Source of the DNA: the human T2T-CHM13v2.0 reference genome, Homo sapiens
Assembly: GCF_009914755.1 (NCBI RefSeq)
Contig: NC_060937.1
Reading direction: 5' to 3' (one strand)
Length of the DNA stretch: 64,000 bases
In this document: positions 1 to 14,395 of the stretch, in pieces
How positions within the stretch are numbered: position 1 is the first letter of the stretch
How the letters are laid out: each line of letters starts with the position of its first letter
Notes under the pieces: model-generated
Databases searched by the model: none
The model's input: only the letters and a program-made list of their open reading frames with translations
Told to the model about the DNA's origin: nothing
Translations under genes and position numbers: made by a program

Positions 1-596
1 TACTGTTTTATAAAACAGAGCATTGATTCCACTTAATTCACTATCAACATAAATTTCACTGCAAGTATCTCTACTAAAAAAATTAATTCACTATATTTTA
101 TTCAATTTTATTTAATTCAGCATTGAGTGGATATTCAGACATGACAGAGAGTGTGTTAGTGAAATTTCTCTGTCTCAAAAATATATCATTCAAAATGTAC
201 ACTGCTTTGTCTGAGTCCTAAAACCTATGCTTATAGTAGAGATATTTTCTCTTTTACTAGGTAGCTCTAAAATTGTTTCCTAAATTAATTTCTATAGAAA
301 TCAAGGTGCTGCACATCTATTTCCTAAGCCTTCTTTCACTGAAAAAAAAATAGATTAGATTATGTAGTTTATTTTTCTATATTATTCTTTGAGGTATGGG
401 TCACTACTGCGAAACTTTATGAAACCTGATGAAGGATCTACTACAGAACAAATCCATATTTTTAAACAAAACCCCACTGCTTTTGAAATATATTATATTT
501 ATCATATGCTATAGTTTGAATATTTGTCCCCACCAGACTTCATGTAGAAATTTGACCCCCAGTGTTGGAAACAGGGCTTAAAAGTGGGTGTTTGGG

Positions 597-1214
<618 letters not shown>

Positions 1215-1418
1215 AAAAGTGGGCCTTTGTGTCATGGGAGTAGATTCCTCATGAATAGATTGATGCCCTTCCTAGAAGGTGAGTGAATTCTCACTTTATT
1301 AGTCCCCGCAAGAACTGATTGTTAAAAAGAGCCTGGCATCTGCCCCGTCCTGCCTCCTCATAGATTTAATAAAATTAAACTTATCAGCTATTTATCCTTT
1401 TTCCCTCTTCCTCTCACT

Positions 1419-1475
1419 ATATGTGTACGTGTATGTGTATATGTGTATATACACACACACAAGTATACACACACA
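1419..1475. repeat. Mixed (TG/TA/CA)n simple repeat
   Basis: atatgtgtacgtgtatgtgtatatgtgtatatacacacacac. Confidence 0.8.
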
Positions 1476-1476
1476 G

Positions 1477-1848
1477 CAGATACCAACATTTGAAGATACC
1501 CAAGTTTCTTAAATAAAATAATATATATATTATTTTATACTTTATAAATACTTTATACTTTATATTTATACTTTATATACTTTATATTTTATATACTTAT
1601 ATACTTTATATACTTTATATATATACTTTATAAATAAAGTAATATATATATATCTACACACATTGTCTTAAGACATCTATAAATAACTTATAATACCGAA
1701 TGCAATGTAAATGTTATGTAAAAAAGTTGTTATACTGTATTGCTTAGAGAAAAATGGCCAAAAACCATCTGTAACTGTTCTGAATATTTTTGACCCCACA
1801 GTTGGTTGCATCCATAGATCCAGAACCAACAGATAGAAAGGATTGACT
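1477..1848 (+). mobile_element. MER2 (TcMar-Tigger non-autonomous DNA transposon) with internal tandem expansion
   Basis: ACTTATAATACCGAATGCAATGTAAATGTTATGTAAAAAAGTTGTTATACTGTATTG and terminus GTTGGTTGCATCCATAGAT...GATTGACTG resemble MER2. Confidence 0.8.
1536..1632. repeat. Degenerate (TATACTTTA)n AT-rich tandem repeat
   Basis: Repeated tatacttta / tatatacttta units. Confidence 0.85.
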
Positions 1849-2494
1849 GTGTATGTTCATGTATTTTCCTTATTTAATATTACTCTCAAGTTCACCCACA
1901 TTTTCAAGAGTCTTCACTTGCTGCCAATCTCCAAATTAGCTGTATTACACCTGCCTTCAAATACGCATCAACATCTTTATTTTGAAAATAATAAATTAAA
2001 AAATAAAAATAAAAACTTTAATCAACATTAAGATCACTTAACTATTATAGAACAAACTCTACATTTTGTTCTATGTCTTGTTTTATAATTGATTTAGTCT
2101 TCTGTGTTTTATAGGTTCAATTGAAATGGTATTATGAGCATCTTTGTGGATTTTAAAATTTTCAAGTATATTTTCCCTCAGCTGTCACTATTAAAGACAT
2201 CTGAAACATTACTCTTGATTACCCATGCTCTAAAATATTTCCCTTATCTTGACTTCTGTGGCTTAATTAAATTAATTAATTTATTTACTCACAGTACATT
2301 TTTACTAAGACATGGCTTTATTTTATATGTACTCTGCAATCAGTGTTAGCCTTTACATTTCATCTCTTTTTACAATTAGTCTTTGCAGAAGCTATTGTTT
2401 ATTTGCTTTTTCTTCCATTGTCATAATTTTAATAAGCAGTTTTATTTATTCAGAATACCATTAATGGGTATCAATCAAATGCAAATATACATAA

Positions 2495-3480
2495 TTAATA
2501 AATGTTGAATTTTGTCAAATGTTTTTTCTGAGTTTATTGAGATTATTATTTTCTTTTTTAAACTGTTAATGTGGTAAATACTCTCTATTGCTTTTTCATT
2601 GTTGAACCAGTTATACTATCGTATGATAAATCTCATTTGATCATGATGTAGTTTCTGTTCAATTATTATGGATATATTTTGTTAATTATTTTATATTTAT
2701 ATTCATGAAGGTTATTCTTCTGTAGTTCACCTTTATTGTATTTATCTGATTTGGGTGTTCAGATAATACTGATCTCATACAATGACTTGGAAGCTGATTC
2801 CTCTTTTTTTTTCAGGAAGAGGTGGTGTCACTTTGGTAATATTTTCTCCTTAAGTATTTGTAGAATTTGCCCAAAAAACCACTTGGGTCTATTGTTTTCT
2901 TTTTTGATGGGTTATAATTACAAATTTAAGTTATTTAATAGAATTATCTTGATTGAGTGTTAGTAGCTTTTGTCTATTCTCTGCATCTGGTTTCATTAAT
3001 TTTCTCTAATTTTTTTCTGTTTTTAATTCCATTGATTTGTGCTGTTAAAATTGCTTCTTTCTTTCTGCTTGCTTTAGGTATAAATTGTCCTGTTTTCTTT
3101 TGATTTGTAAAGTGGAAATCCAGGTTACTGACTTCACTAAGATCTTTCTTCTTCACTAATATGGGCATTCAATGCTATAAATTTTTCACTGAGTACTATG
3201 TTAGATGCATCCTACAGATTTTATATACTGTGTTGTTTATCCTACTACATTCAAAATATAATTTAATTTTTTCAGGTATTTTCTTTGTGTTATTTTTTCT
3301 ATGTTATTAAAAAGTGTATTTTTCTCCAAATATTTTAGAACTTTTTCATATTGAATTCTATTTTAACCTTTTATGGTCTGAGAACCTACTGTGCATTAAT
3401 TGCATTATTTATATTCTATTAAATTTGTAAACTTTTTAATGAGTCCAGATACAGGATATTTTGTTGAATATTCCTTGTCC
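2495..3480 (-). mobile_element. Old L1M ORF2 fragment
   Basis: T-rich antisense L1 text (ATGTTGAATTTTGTCAAATG..., GCATTCAATGCTATAAATTTT); ORF 2974-3168 resembles ORF2 linker residues. Confidence 0.75.
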
Positions 3481-3484
3481 ACGT

Positions 3485-6400
3485 TCCATGAAGACAGCCA
3501 GCGACAAAGGGCATAGATGAGACTACAATCTCCAGCCCAGGAAACTCTGCCTCATGACTCAACAAAAGAAGACACTTGATCAAAGTGGTCACTTAACAGC
3601 AGAAGGCTGTAGGAGGTAGGTGCCACAGGTCCTCTTTGCATGAACACCTTGCCAGCTTTCACATACAGCTGAGATATCTGTTTGGGACCTCCACCATTCA
3701 GGACAAGCAGTGCTCTAATTATTTGCTAGAGCTGATCGGAAATCTGGGCTTAAGGCACCATCTGGTAGTGAAAAAGAGATGACCTAGTAAGAAATTAAAA
3801 AAAAAGAAAGAAAGCCAACAAGTAAATTAAAAGGAATGTCTAACCAAATATAGACAATATAAAACAAAACAAGCCAGACAGAGAAGACTAGAATAAATAA
3901 CTAATCCTCTAATGCAAAGACATAGGCATACACCCACAAGAAACAATAGCAAACAGGGAACCATGGCCTTTCCAAACAGAAAAAAAAAAAAACAAGGAAC
4001 GAATGACTGACCCTAGGGAGATGGCAGCACATGAGCTCTCTTGTCAAGAATTCAAAATAGCAGTTTTAAGGAAACTCAGTGATCCCCAAGGTAGCATAAA
4101 AAAGAAAATCAGAAAAATATCAGAGAATTTTAATAAAGAGATCAAAATAACAATACAAACATTAAACAGAAATCCTGGAATTCAGAAATACATTTGCTGA
4201 GCTGAGAAGTTCACTGGGGGCTATCAACAGTAGAATGGATCAAGGAGAGGAAAGAATCAGTAAGCTCAAATACAGGCCTTTTGAAAATATATAATGAGTA
4301 GAAAGAAAATGAAAATAATTAAAGTTCATCTACAAGATGTAGAAAATTACTTCAAAAGACCAAATTTAAGAATTATTGGGAATTAGGCGTGCACACAGGG
4401 TAGTAGCTTATTCAAAGAAATAATAACAGAAAACTTTACAAAACTTAAGAAAGAGATGGAAATTCAGACACAGGAAGGCCAGATAACATAAAAAAATCAA
4501 CACAAATCAGACTACACCAAAGCATATAATAATTAAACTCTCAAAAGTCAAGAACCAAGAGAGAATCCTAAAAGAAGCAAAATAAAGAAAACAAATAATG
4601 TATAAAGAAGCACTAATTCATCGTGCAACAGACTTCTTAACAGAAACCATACAGGCCAGGAGGGAGAGGGATGACTTTTTCCAAGAGCTAAATGAAAAGA
4701 AAAGGGAAGAGAAGGGAAGGGAAGGGAAGAGAGCCGTGTCATCTAAGAATACTGTATCTAGCAAAAGTTTCCTTCAAACATGAAGAAGTGAGAAAAATCT
4801 TTCCAAAAGAAACAAAGACGGAGAATTTACTACTACCAGACCCATCTTACAAGATATGCTAAGGGTAGTCCCTCAATCTGAAAGGAAAAAAATTACTGCA
4901 GAAAGAATATATTTGAAGGTATAAAACCCATTGATAAAAGTAAGTACACAGAGAAGCTCAAAATACTATAATACCATCATACTGTAATTTTGTTGTGCAA
5001 TTTACACAAAACTGTAATAAAGTCTAAATGACAAATACATTAAAAACAATAATAGCTACAGCAACCAGTGAAGAGATAGAACAATTTATAAAATTTTATA
5101 AATTGAAATAAGAAGCCAAAATATGAGGAAAATTGATTTAAAAATTGAGATTTTTTAGCTTATTTTTTGTGTCTATTCTCTTTGTGTGATCAAAGACATG
5201 TCATCGTCTCTTAAAAATAACTTGTTATATTTGTAAGTTTTTTTGTAAGATTCATGGTGACCACAATAGAAAAATCTATAACATATTCACTAAGAATAAA
5301 AATCAATGAATTGAAACATACTGCCAGAGACAACCACTTAGTCACAAAGGAAACAATAAAGAAGATAAAGGAAGAGAAGAGTTATAAAACAACCAGAAAA
5401 CAAGCAACAAAATGGCAGTAGTAAGTGCTTAACTATCAATAATAACACTGAATGTAAATAGACTCACTTGTCCAATTTTAAGACATAGATGAATGAATAA
5501 AGAAAGAAACAAGATCCAAGTATATGCTGCCTACCAGACAGCCACTTAACCTATAAAGACACACATGGAATAAAAGTGAGGGGATAACAAAAATATTCCA
5601 TAAAAATGAAAACCAAAATAAGCAGGAGTAGCTATATTTATATCAGATAAAATGGACTACAGGTCAAAGATTGTAAAGAGATACAAAGAAAAGTCACTAT
5701 ATAATGATAAAAGGTTCAATTAAGAAGATATCACAATTATAAATAGGTGTGCACCTAACATCTAAGCACCCAAGCATATAAGGCAAACATTAGTAGATGT
5801 AGAAAGAGATGGATTGCAATATAATAATAGTAGTGGACTTCAGCACCCCACTGTCATTAATGGAGAGATCATCTAGACAGAAAATCAACAAAAATTTAAA
5901 GTTAAGCTACACCCTAGACTACATAGGCCTAATTGACATTTATAAACCCTTCCACCCTACTGCTGCAGAATACAAATTCTTCTTATTAGCACATGGAACA
6001 TTTTCTGGAATAAAACATATGCTAGGCCACAAAACAACCTCAAGTCAAAAAATTAGACATTATAACAAGTATAACTTCTGACATCAATGGAATAAAACGA
6101 GCAATCAATAACAATAGGAACCTTAGAAACTCCACAAACACTCAGACATTAAATGATATGCTCCTAAACAATAAATAGGTTTATGAAGAAATTAAAAATA
6201 AAATTTAAAAATATCTTAAAACAAATGAAAATGGAAAGATAACAAAATCTCCAGGATACAGCAAAATCAGTACTGAGAGAAGTTTAAAGCAATAAACAAC
6301 TACATAAAAAAAGTATGAAGGCTTCAAAAAAACTCAGTGATGCACTTGGAGGAAGGAGAAAAGAATAAGCAGAGCCTGAAGTAATAGAAGGGAAGAAATA

Positions 6401-7065
6401 ACAAGACTAGAGCAAAAATAAATAAAATTGAAACTAAAAAAAAAATACAAATAAATGAAATGAAAAGTTGATTTTGGGGGAAAGATAAACAAAATCAACA
6501 AACCTTTAGCCAGACTAAGAAAAAATAGAAGACACAAACAGGTAAAATTAGAAAAAAAAAGGAGACATAACAACTGAGACAACAGAAGTACAAAGAATTA
6601 TCACAGGCTATTATGAACAATTATATGCCAGTAAATTAAAACCTAGAAAAAATAGATATATTCCTCAACAATACATTCTACCAAGATTAAACCATGAAGA
6701 AATATAAAACCTCAACAAAGAAATAATGAGAAATAAAGTCAAAGCTGTGATAAAGTGTCAAAGAAAAACCTGGGTCCTGATGACTTCACTGCTGAATTGT
6801 ACCAAATATTTAAAGAACTTATACCAATTATATGCAAATGTCAAAAAAAATGAAGAGGAAGTATTTCAACTCATATTATGAGGCCAGCAATACATTGACA
6901 CCAAAACTAAACAAGGGTAAACCAAAAAAGAAAACTACAGGCAAATATTACTAATGAACATAGATGCAAATTTTTCAACAAAATACTAGCTAACAAAATT
7001 CTCAACAAAAAACATCATGGTACTGGCATAAAAACAGACACACAGACCAATGGAACAAAATAGAG
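3485..7065 (+). mobile_element. L1M2/L1MA-type LINE: 5' region, decayed ORF1, spacer and ORF2 5' half, with internal deletion near 7011
   Basis: ORF1-like EFKIAVLRKLSD and IHRATDFLTETIQARRERDD; ORF2 start-like ATGGCAGTAGTAAGT near 5412; endonuclease-like IIIVVDFSTPLSLMERSSRQKINK (5809-6081). Confidence 0.9.
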
Positions 7066-7069
7066 TTAA

Positions 7070-8340
7070 TTTAAATTAGGGTTATTTTCACATTTTTGCT
7101 ATTATGAATAATTCTGCCATAAACTTTCTAGTATAAGCTTATATGTGAAGAATGTTTTCAGTTCTCTTTGGTATATACCTAGAAATGGAATTGCTGGCTC
7201 ATATGAAAACTCTATGTTTACCTTACTGAGAAATTATAAACTGCTTTCCAAAGCAGGTCCGTAAGTTTACATTTTCATCAGCAATGTTTAGTTCTAATTT
7301 TCCCACATCTTTGCCAACACTTAAAAAATATATAGCTATCATGGTGAGAGTAAGGTTGTTCTCATCATGATTCTGGTTTGCATTTTTCCAATGACTAAGG
7401 ACTAATGACTTTGAGCACCTTCTCATGTGCTTCTTCACCATTAGTATTCTTTGGAGTAATACTTAGTGAATTCTTTGGAGTAATGTCTAGTAATGCCTAG
7501 CCCTTTGCCCATTCTGTAACCAGGTAGTTGTTTTGTTTTTAAATTGTAAGAATTCTTTATATATTCTAGATTTATAATTTACAGATGTTTTCTTTCATTT
7601 TGTAAAAAAAACTTTCTTAATTGTGTCCATTGAATCACAGAAACATTTAACTTGAAGTCCAAACTATCTATTTTTTCAGTTGCTTGTTATTTGTGTCATA
7701 TCTTAGAAACCATTGCCTAATGCAAATCTATAATGATTTATACCTTTTTGGAGAGTTTTACAGTGTGAGATCTTGCAATCTAGTCTTTGATTTAGTTTGA
7801 TTTCATTTTTAAGTGGTATAAAAGAGAAGTACAACTTCATTCTTTAACTGTGAATATCCAATGTTCGAGCACCACTACTTGAAAAGACTATACTTTCACC
7901 AAGGAAAGATGTTGGCATCCTTCTAGAAAATCAGTTGACCACAGAGATACAAATTTTCTAGAAAATCAGTTGACCACAGAAATATGAATTTATTTCTGGG
8001 CTTTTGATTCCATTCCATTAACCAATATGCCTATCCCTGTGCCATTAGAAGATAAGGTTGATAACTGCAGCTTTTGTAACAGGTTTTGAAATCAGAAATG
8101 TGAGTCCCCAGCTTTGCTCTTACTTTCCAAGATTATTTTGGCTATTCTGGGATGCTTCATTTACATTTTAATTTTAGGAGTAACTTGTCAAATTCTGCAG
8201 AAAATTCAGCTGGTATTTTGAGAGGAATTACACAGAATTTGCACATCAACTTGGGGAGTACTGCTGTCTTACTCATATTGAGTCTTCTGGTACATGAACA
8301 AGTTTTATCATTCTATTTCTGTCTTTAATTTCTTTCAGCA
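7070..8340 (-). mobile_element. L1MB/L1MC-type ORF2 3' fragment
   Basis: GTATATACCTAGAAATGGAATTGCTGGCTCATATG and ORF2 C-terminal-like KKHMRRCSKSL. Confidence 0.8.
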
Positions 8341-8349
8341 CTTTACACA

Positions 8350-9690
8350 TGTCAATTTATTGTCTTCTGGCTTGTATGGTTTCTGAAAGGACAACTGCTC
8401 TAATTCTTATCAGAGATTCTTTATATGAGATGACTCTCTTTCCCCGTTTGCATTTAAAATTTCCTATTTCTAGTTGCATCTAGAAGTTTGAATATGATAT
8501 GCCCCAGAATGTCTTATTGTCAGACAATTTTAACATCTGTGTCATTTGATTGCTTTGTCTCTTGGTATTGCGTTTTTTTTTTATGTTTAATGTGGCTCAC
8601 ACTTCTTTGTTAAAAATTCGACATTTTGTATATGACAGTAGAGACTGGGGTGAATATGTTTATATATCTGATAATAGCCATGTCTTTTCTTCTCCCAGGT
8701 CTTTATGAGGAATAAGTTAATATAACTAGCAGCTGTGCTGGGTTTGAGGTTTCTTGTTCCTATGGTGGACCTCAGTACCTCAGAGGTTTCAAATTCCCTT
8801 ACCAATGCCTTGTGCTTAGGATGTGGCCTGGTTTGCCAGAGGTTTCTGTTGTTCATTTTTTTCATGTCTACTCCAAAGTGAGATTCAATATCCTTTCTGT
8901 CCTGCACTTTTGAAAGGGTCAGACTGTTAAAATTTACTTACTGCTGGACATTTGTTAGCCTAGTTACATGTGTGGTGGGGTAGACTATATTCTGTTTTTC
9001 TGATTAAGTCTTAGCCATAGGCAAGCATAGTGTCATTGAGTCTCATGGTGCAACATTCTCAGTACTTCTGAGCCACACCTATATCTACTCCTTCTCTGGG
9101 AGTAGAGGTACTATTTCCTGTTCCCTTTCTCCTGTTGCAATGGATTTTCGCCAATGTCCTAGCGGTTACAGTTGGTGTTGTCCTTTACCCCACAGGTCAA
9201 ATATTTGTCCTACTGGAGAGATACGGAAGAAAAGTCTCAGTAGGATTACATGTCTATACCACAGCACCTTCTTTTATTCTCCCCAATTTTATCCATAAGG
9301 GAGACTTTTTGAGGGCTCTGTCAATATTTTTTGTCAATGTGGTGGGTTTTGTGAAGAGAGACTACAAAGGAATATAGACTTCCCTTATATTTTCAGGCCC
9401 CAAGAGCTTCATCTTCTCTTATCAGTGAATATTCAGTCTCTACTTACTTGCCAGTCACCTTACTTGAATTATTTTGACTGGTTTCCTGGTGAATCTTGCC
9501 TTGGGTAAGTGAGTAATTTTGTCTCATTTCTCCTTGCAGGTGCCAGTCTCATTTTAGATTGCATATTACCTGCAATCTCAGAAATCTGATATGTTCAAGA
9601 AAAGCTGCAGGCTTGCAGTTTCTCCAGCTTGTTTTTATTGTATACTTTAGGTCAATGCATTTTTCAAATCTCCACATGTTTCTGAATAAA
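8350..9690 (-). mobile_element. Old L1M ORF1/5' region fragments
   Basis: TTGTCTTCTGGCTTGTATGGTTTCTGA and CTCAGAAATCTGATATGTTCAAGAAAAGCTG resemble antisense L1M 5' ends. Confidence 0.55.
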
Positions 9691-9791
9691 GCAAAAACTC
9701 TTTATTATGGTTTCATTATCCTTAATTTCTCTATGTCCACTATTTTGTCAACATCAATCAATCTAGGGAATATATTTTAATATAAGACCAT

Positions 9792-10200
9792 TGATATGGT
9801 TTAGATATTTGTCCCCTGCAAATCGTATATGGAAAGGTAATCCCCTATGTTGGAAGTGGGGCCCAGTGGGAAGTGTTTGGATAGGGAGGATCCCTCATGA
9901 ATGGCTTAGTGCCCTCCTTATAATGAGTGAGTTCTCTTTCTATTAGTTCACATGAAAGCTGGTTGTTTAAAGAGCCTAGTACATCCTCCCTTCTGTTTCT
10001 CACTCCCGCTGTCACCATGTGACACACCTGCTTTTCCTTCACCTTCTGCCATCACTGGAAACTTTCTGAGGCCCTTGTCAGAAGCAGATGCTGGCACCAC
10101 ACTTCCTGTAAAACTTGCAGAACCGCGATACAGTGCTCTTTTCTTTTTAAATTTCCTAGTCTCAGGTATTTCTTTATGGTGATGCAAAAATGGCTTAACA
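9792..10200 (+). mobile_element. MaLR solo LTR (MSTB-like)
   Basis: TGATATGGTTTAGATATTTGTCCCC...GATCCCTCATGAATGGCTT...GAAGCAGATGCTGGCACC...CTCAGGTATTTCTTTAT...TAACA. Confidence 0.9.
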
Positions 10201-10349
10201 CTATTTAAAATAAAATCTTATCTAATCCATGAATGTCTAATAATTATATTTGTTTATATAAATGGAATAGGCATAATAAATATGTTCTCAAGTATATAAA
10301 GTCTTAAGAAAAGGAGAGTATTTATTGCTTATTTGACAGTATTCAGTGG

Positions 10350-10665
10350 AAGCATATGACAGGACGTTGCTCTTCTCCACAGTCATCTGATGTCCTAGGT
10401 TTTAACACCTGGTTTGCAAGGTCATCCTAGATATTGATTCCTATTTATCCAATTAAAAAGGGGAAGATCATGGGGTTGTTTGTATAAAAAACTTTAACAA
10501 ATCAACCCCAGAAGTGAAACATACCACTCACTAAGATCCCATATGCTATAATTTAGTCACATTGATGTACCTGAATATAATGAAATGGGAGAAATGTGGT
10601 CTAGCCCTGTACCAGGAAGAAGAGATGGTAGAGTTAGATATGAAGCTAGCATCGTCTAGCAAAAA
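10350..10665 (-). mobile_element. Old MLT1 (J/K-like) LTR fragment
   Basis: TTAGTCACATTG...GAGAAATGTGGTCTAGCCCTGTACCAGGAAGAAGAG motif. Confidence 0.5.
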
Positions 10666-11147
10666 ACAGAAAGGATACATATGACACACCTATTTGAAGG
10701 ATAAATAGAAAGTCCAATTTACTTTAGAGCAGTTTCAACCCAAGGGCTCAGAAACCTCTAAAAACAATATGTCTAAATATGATAAGCACAAAATATTATC
10801 CACACATTTGGGGAAAAAAACCCATGAAATTCTTCACTAATGAAAACAAATGCAATATATTTTAAGTAAAGATTATCTTGATTTCACATAAAAATTAATT
10901 GCAATTTTAGAGAAAATGAGCTATGATTTTGACAATTCCTTTTTAAGTCTTTGGTCACCAAAAAATAAAGTTAAATATAATACATTTATGTGTTCAAATA
11001 TGCAAATGGTTATTCCTTAACTCTGTTTATTCAAGATAATGAAATGGACCAAACTATAATTTTATCTGAAATTTAATTTGGAAATTTCCTTTCTGTCTTC
11101 TCTCTCTTATTGGAGTAACATATATGTAGCCTTCAGTCATACTTCAC

Positions 11148-11650
<503 letters not shown>

Positions 11651-12749
11651 AAAAATGCAGGGTGAATATTCTTTCTACTCTCTTCTGAATGGGTAAGATA
11701 TTTTCAGAAATGAAAGCATTAGTTTAACCAGACACATTCAGATAGCCAGAGCTTTGTAAAACCATTCTCTCTCTCTTTGCCCAATCCCTTGTTTTTTTTC
11801 CCCCTACATGGACAGGGAAAATTCCCTAAAACAATAGCTGAAGTAGGGTCACCTAGCGTATCTACAACCTTGGCGCCTGGTAAAAATCTAGCACATTTTT
11901 GATTGATGAAAATAATGCTCTAATTTGGGTTAGAAAGTGTTATTTAGTAGGATTGTGGTTAATGATTTGATCTGTGTTTATGTTTGTATTTTTTTTCTGC
12001 AATGATTTTAACTAGCTATTTAGGAGATTATGACAAAAAGTATTTCATATAAATAAGGAACTATCAAATTTAAGGCTTACTAGTTTTTAGTGTTTCTAAA
12101 TACTCAATATCAGAGAGACAAGAAATCATTATATTTATAAATACTGATGGCAGTCAGAAAATTTTTACCAGGCTTGTCTTTACAATTTAAAAATGCCTAT
12201 TATTATTCTATACAAATAAAAAAAGGAGAATTAGATTTTTTAACCTTTCTAGATAATGAGCTCTGTTTTTCTAATGGAAATCTTTCTTGCCGAGAGGTCT
12301 ATAGTATTCCAATTTTCTCAGGGACTTCGTTATTTAGCTTGCAGTGGTTAAACCTTCAATGTCAGTTACAATTTATCAATTTTAATTCTTGACCTGTTGT
12401 TCACAAATTAGTAGTATGCAGATAGTGAACATTTCTTTTCAGCTTCACTTTTTTTGACAGATGAGAATACAATAGTATTCCCTGAGTTTGGCAGATAAGA
12501 ATACGATAGTATTCTCTAGTAAGTTCTCTGAGTGTTTTTTTTCCTTTCTTTCAGTTTCATTCTTTTGCTTTGCATTTTTAAATGTCTATAACAGCTGCCA
12601 TTAATTTCCTGCTAGTTGGTTAATATTTTTCAACTCTCATAATTAGTATTATAAATACAAGTTATGAGATGATTATTATTATATAGCTATATATCTTACA
12701 TAAAACTTTTATTTGCAAAAATAACATTTATAATTATGCTGTATTGTAT

Positions 12750-14395
12750 TTTTTAAAATTTTACATTTCTGGGGCACATGTGCAGTTTTGTTATACAGGT
12801 AAACTTTTGTCATGGGGATTTGTTGTACAGATTGTTTCATCACACAGGTATAAGACCAGTACCCATCACTCGTAAGTGAGAACATGAGATACGTGGTTTT
12901 CTGTTTTCATGTTAGTTTGCTAAGGATAATGGCCTTCAGTTCTATCCATGTTGCTGCAGAAGACATTATTCTGTTCTTTTATATGGCTGCATAGTATTTT
13001 ATGGTATGTGTACCACACTTCCTTTATTCAATCTATCATTGATGGGCATTTAGGTTGATTCCATGTTTTTGCTATTGTGAATAGTGCTGCAGTGAACATA
13101 CACATGCATGTATCTTTATATTAGAACGATTTATATTCCTTTGGGTATATACCTAGTATTGGATTGCTGGGTCAAATGATAGTTCTCTCTTTAGGTCTTG
13201 AGGAATCACCACACTGTCTTCCACAATGACTGAACTAATTTACACTCCAACCAACAGTGTATAAGCATTCTTTTTTCTCCACAACCTCACCAGGATCTGT
13301 AAGTTTTTGGCTTTTTGACTTTTTAATAATAGCCATTCTGACTGGTATGAGATGGTATCTCATCGGGGTTTTGATTTGCATTTCTTTAATAATCAGTGCT
13401 GTGGAAACTTTTTGTCATATGATTGTTGGCTGCATGAATGTTTTCTTTTCAGAAGTGTCTGTTCATGTCCTTTGACCACTTTTTTATAGGGTTGTGTTTT
13501 TTTTTTTCTTGTAAATTTAAGTTCTTTATAGATGTTGGATATTAGATCTTTGCCAGATGCATAGTTTGCAAAAATCTTATCCCATTCTCTAGGTCATCTG
13601 CTCATTCTATTGAGTTTCCTTTGTAGTGCAGAAGCTCTTTAGCCTAATTAGATCACATTATTCCATTTTTGCTTTTGTTGAAATTGCTTTTGGCACAATT
13701 GCTTTTGGCACCTTTGTCATGAAATCTTTGCCCATGCCTATGGCCTGAATGATATTGCCAAGGTTCTCTTCCAGGATTTTTATAGTTTTGAGTTTTACAT
13801 TTAGGTCTTTAATCCATCTTGAGTTATTTTTTGTGTATGGTTTAAGGAAGAGGTCTAATTTTAATCTTCTGCATATGGCAAGCCAGTTATCCCAGCACTA
13901 TTTATTGAATAGGGAATCCTTTCTCCGTTGCTTGTTTTTCTCAGGTTTGTCAAAGATCAGGTAGTTGCAGGTGTGTGGCCTTATTTCTGAGTTCTCTATT
14001 CTTTTCCATTAATCTGTCTGTTTTTTTTTTTACCAGTACCATTCTGTTTTGGTTACTATATCCCTGTGGTATAGTTGGAGTTGGGTAGCATGATCCCTCC
14101 AGCTTTGTGTTTTTTGCTTAGGATTGACTTGGCTATTTGGGCTGTATTTTGGTTCCATATAAATTTTAAAATAATTTTTTCTAGTTCTGTGAAGAATGTC
14201 AATGCTAGTTTAATAGAAATAGTATTGAATCTACAAATTGCGTTGAGCAGTATAGCCATTTTTATGATAGTGATTCTTCCTATTCATGAGAAATGGGATG
14301 TTATTCCATTTGTTTTTGTAATCTCTTATTTCTTTGTGCAGTGTTTTGTAGTTCTTATAGAGAGCTTTCACCTCCCTAGTTAGTTGTATTTGTTT
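12750..14395 (-). mobile_element. 5'-truncated L1PA13-16-type LINE
   Basis: 3' UTR GTAAACTTTTGTCATGGGGATTTGTTGTACAGATTG; ORF2-like [18 protein letters not shown] (14056-14259). Confidence 0.9.

Noticed and set aside
12456-12517. CRISPR-like palindromic repeat array
   Set aside because: Only two copies with a 6-bp gap, in primate DNA with no cas genes
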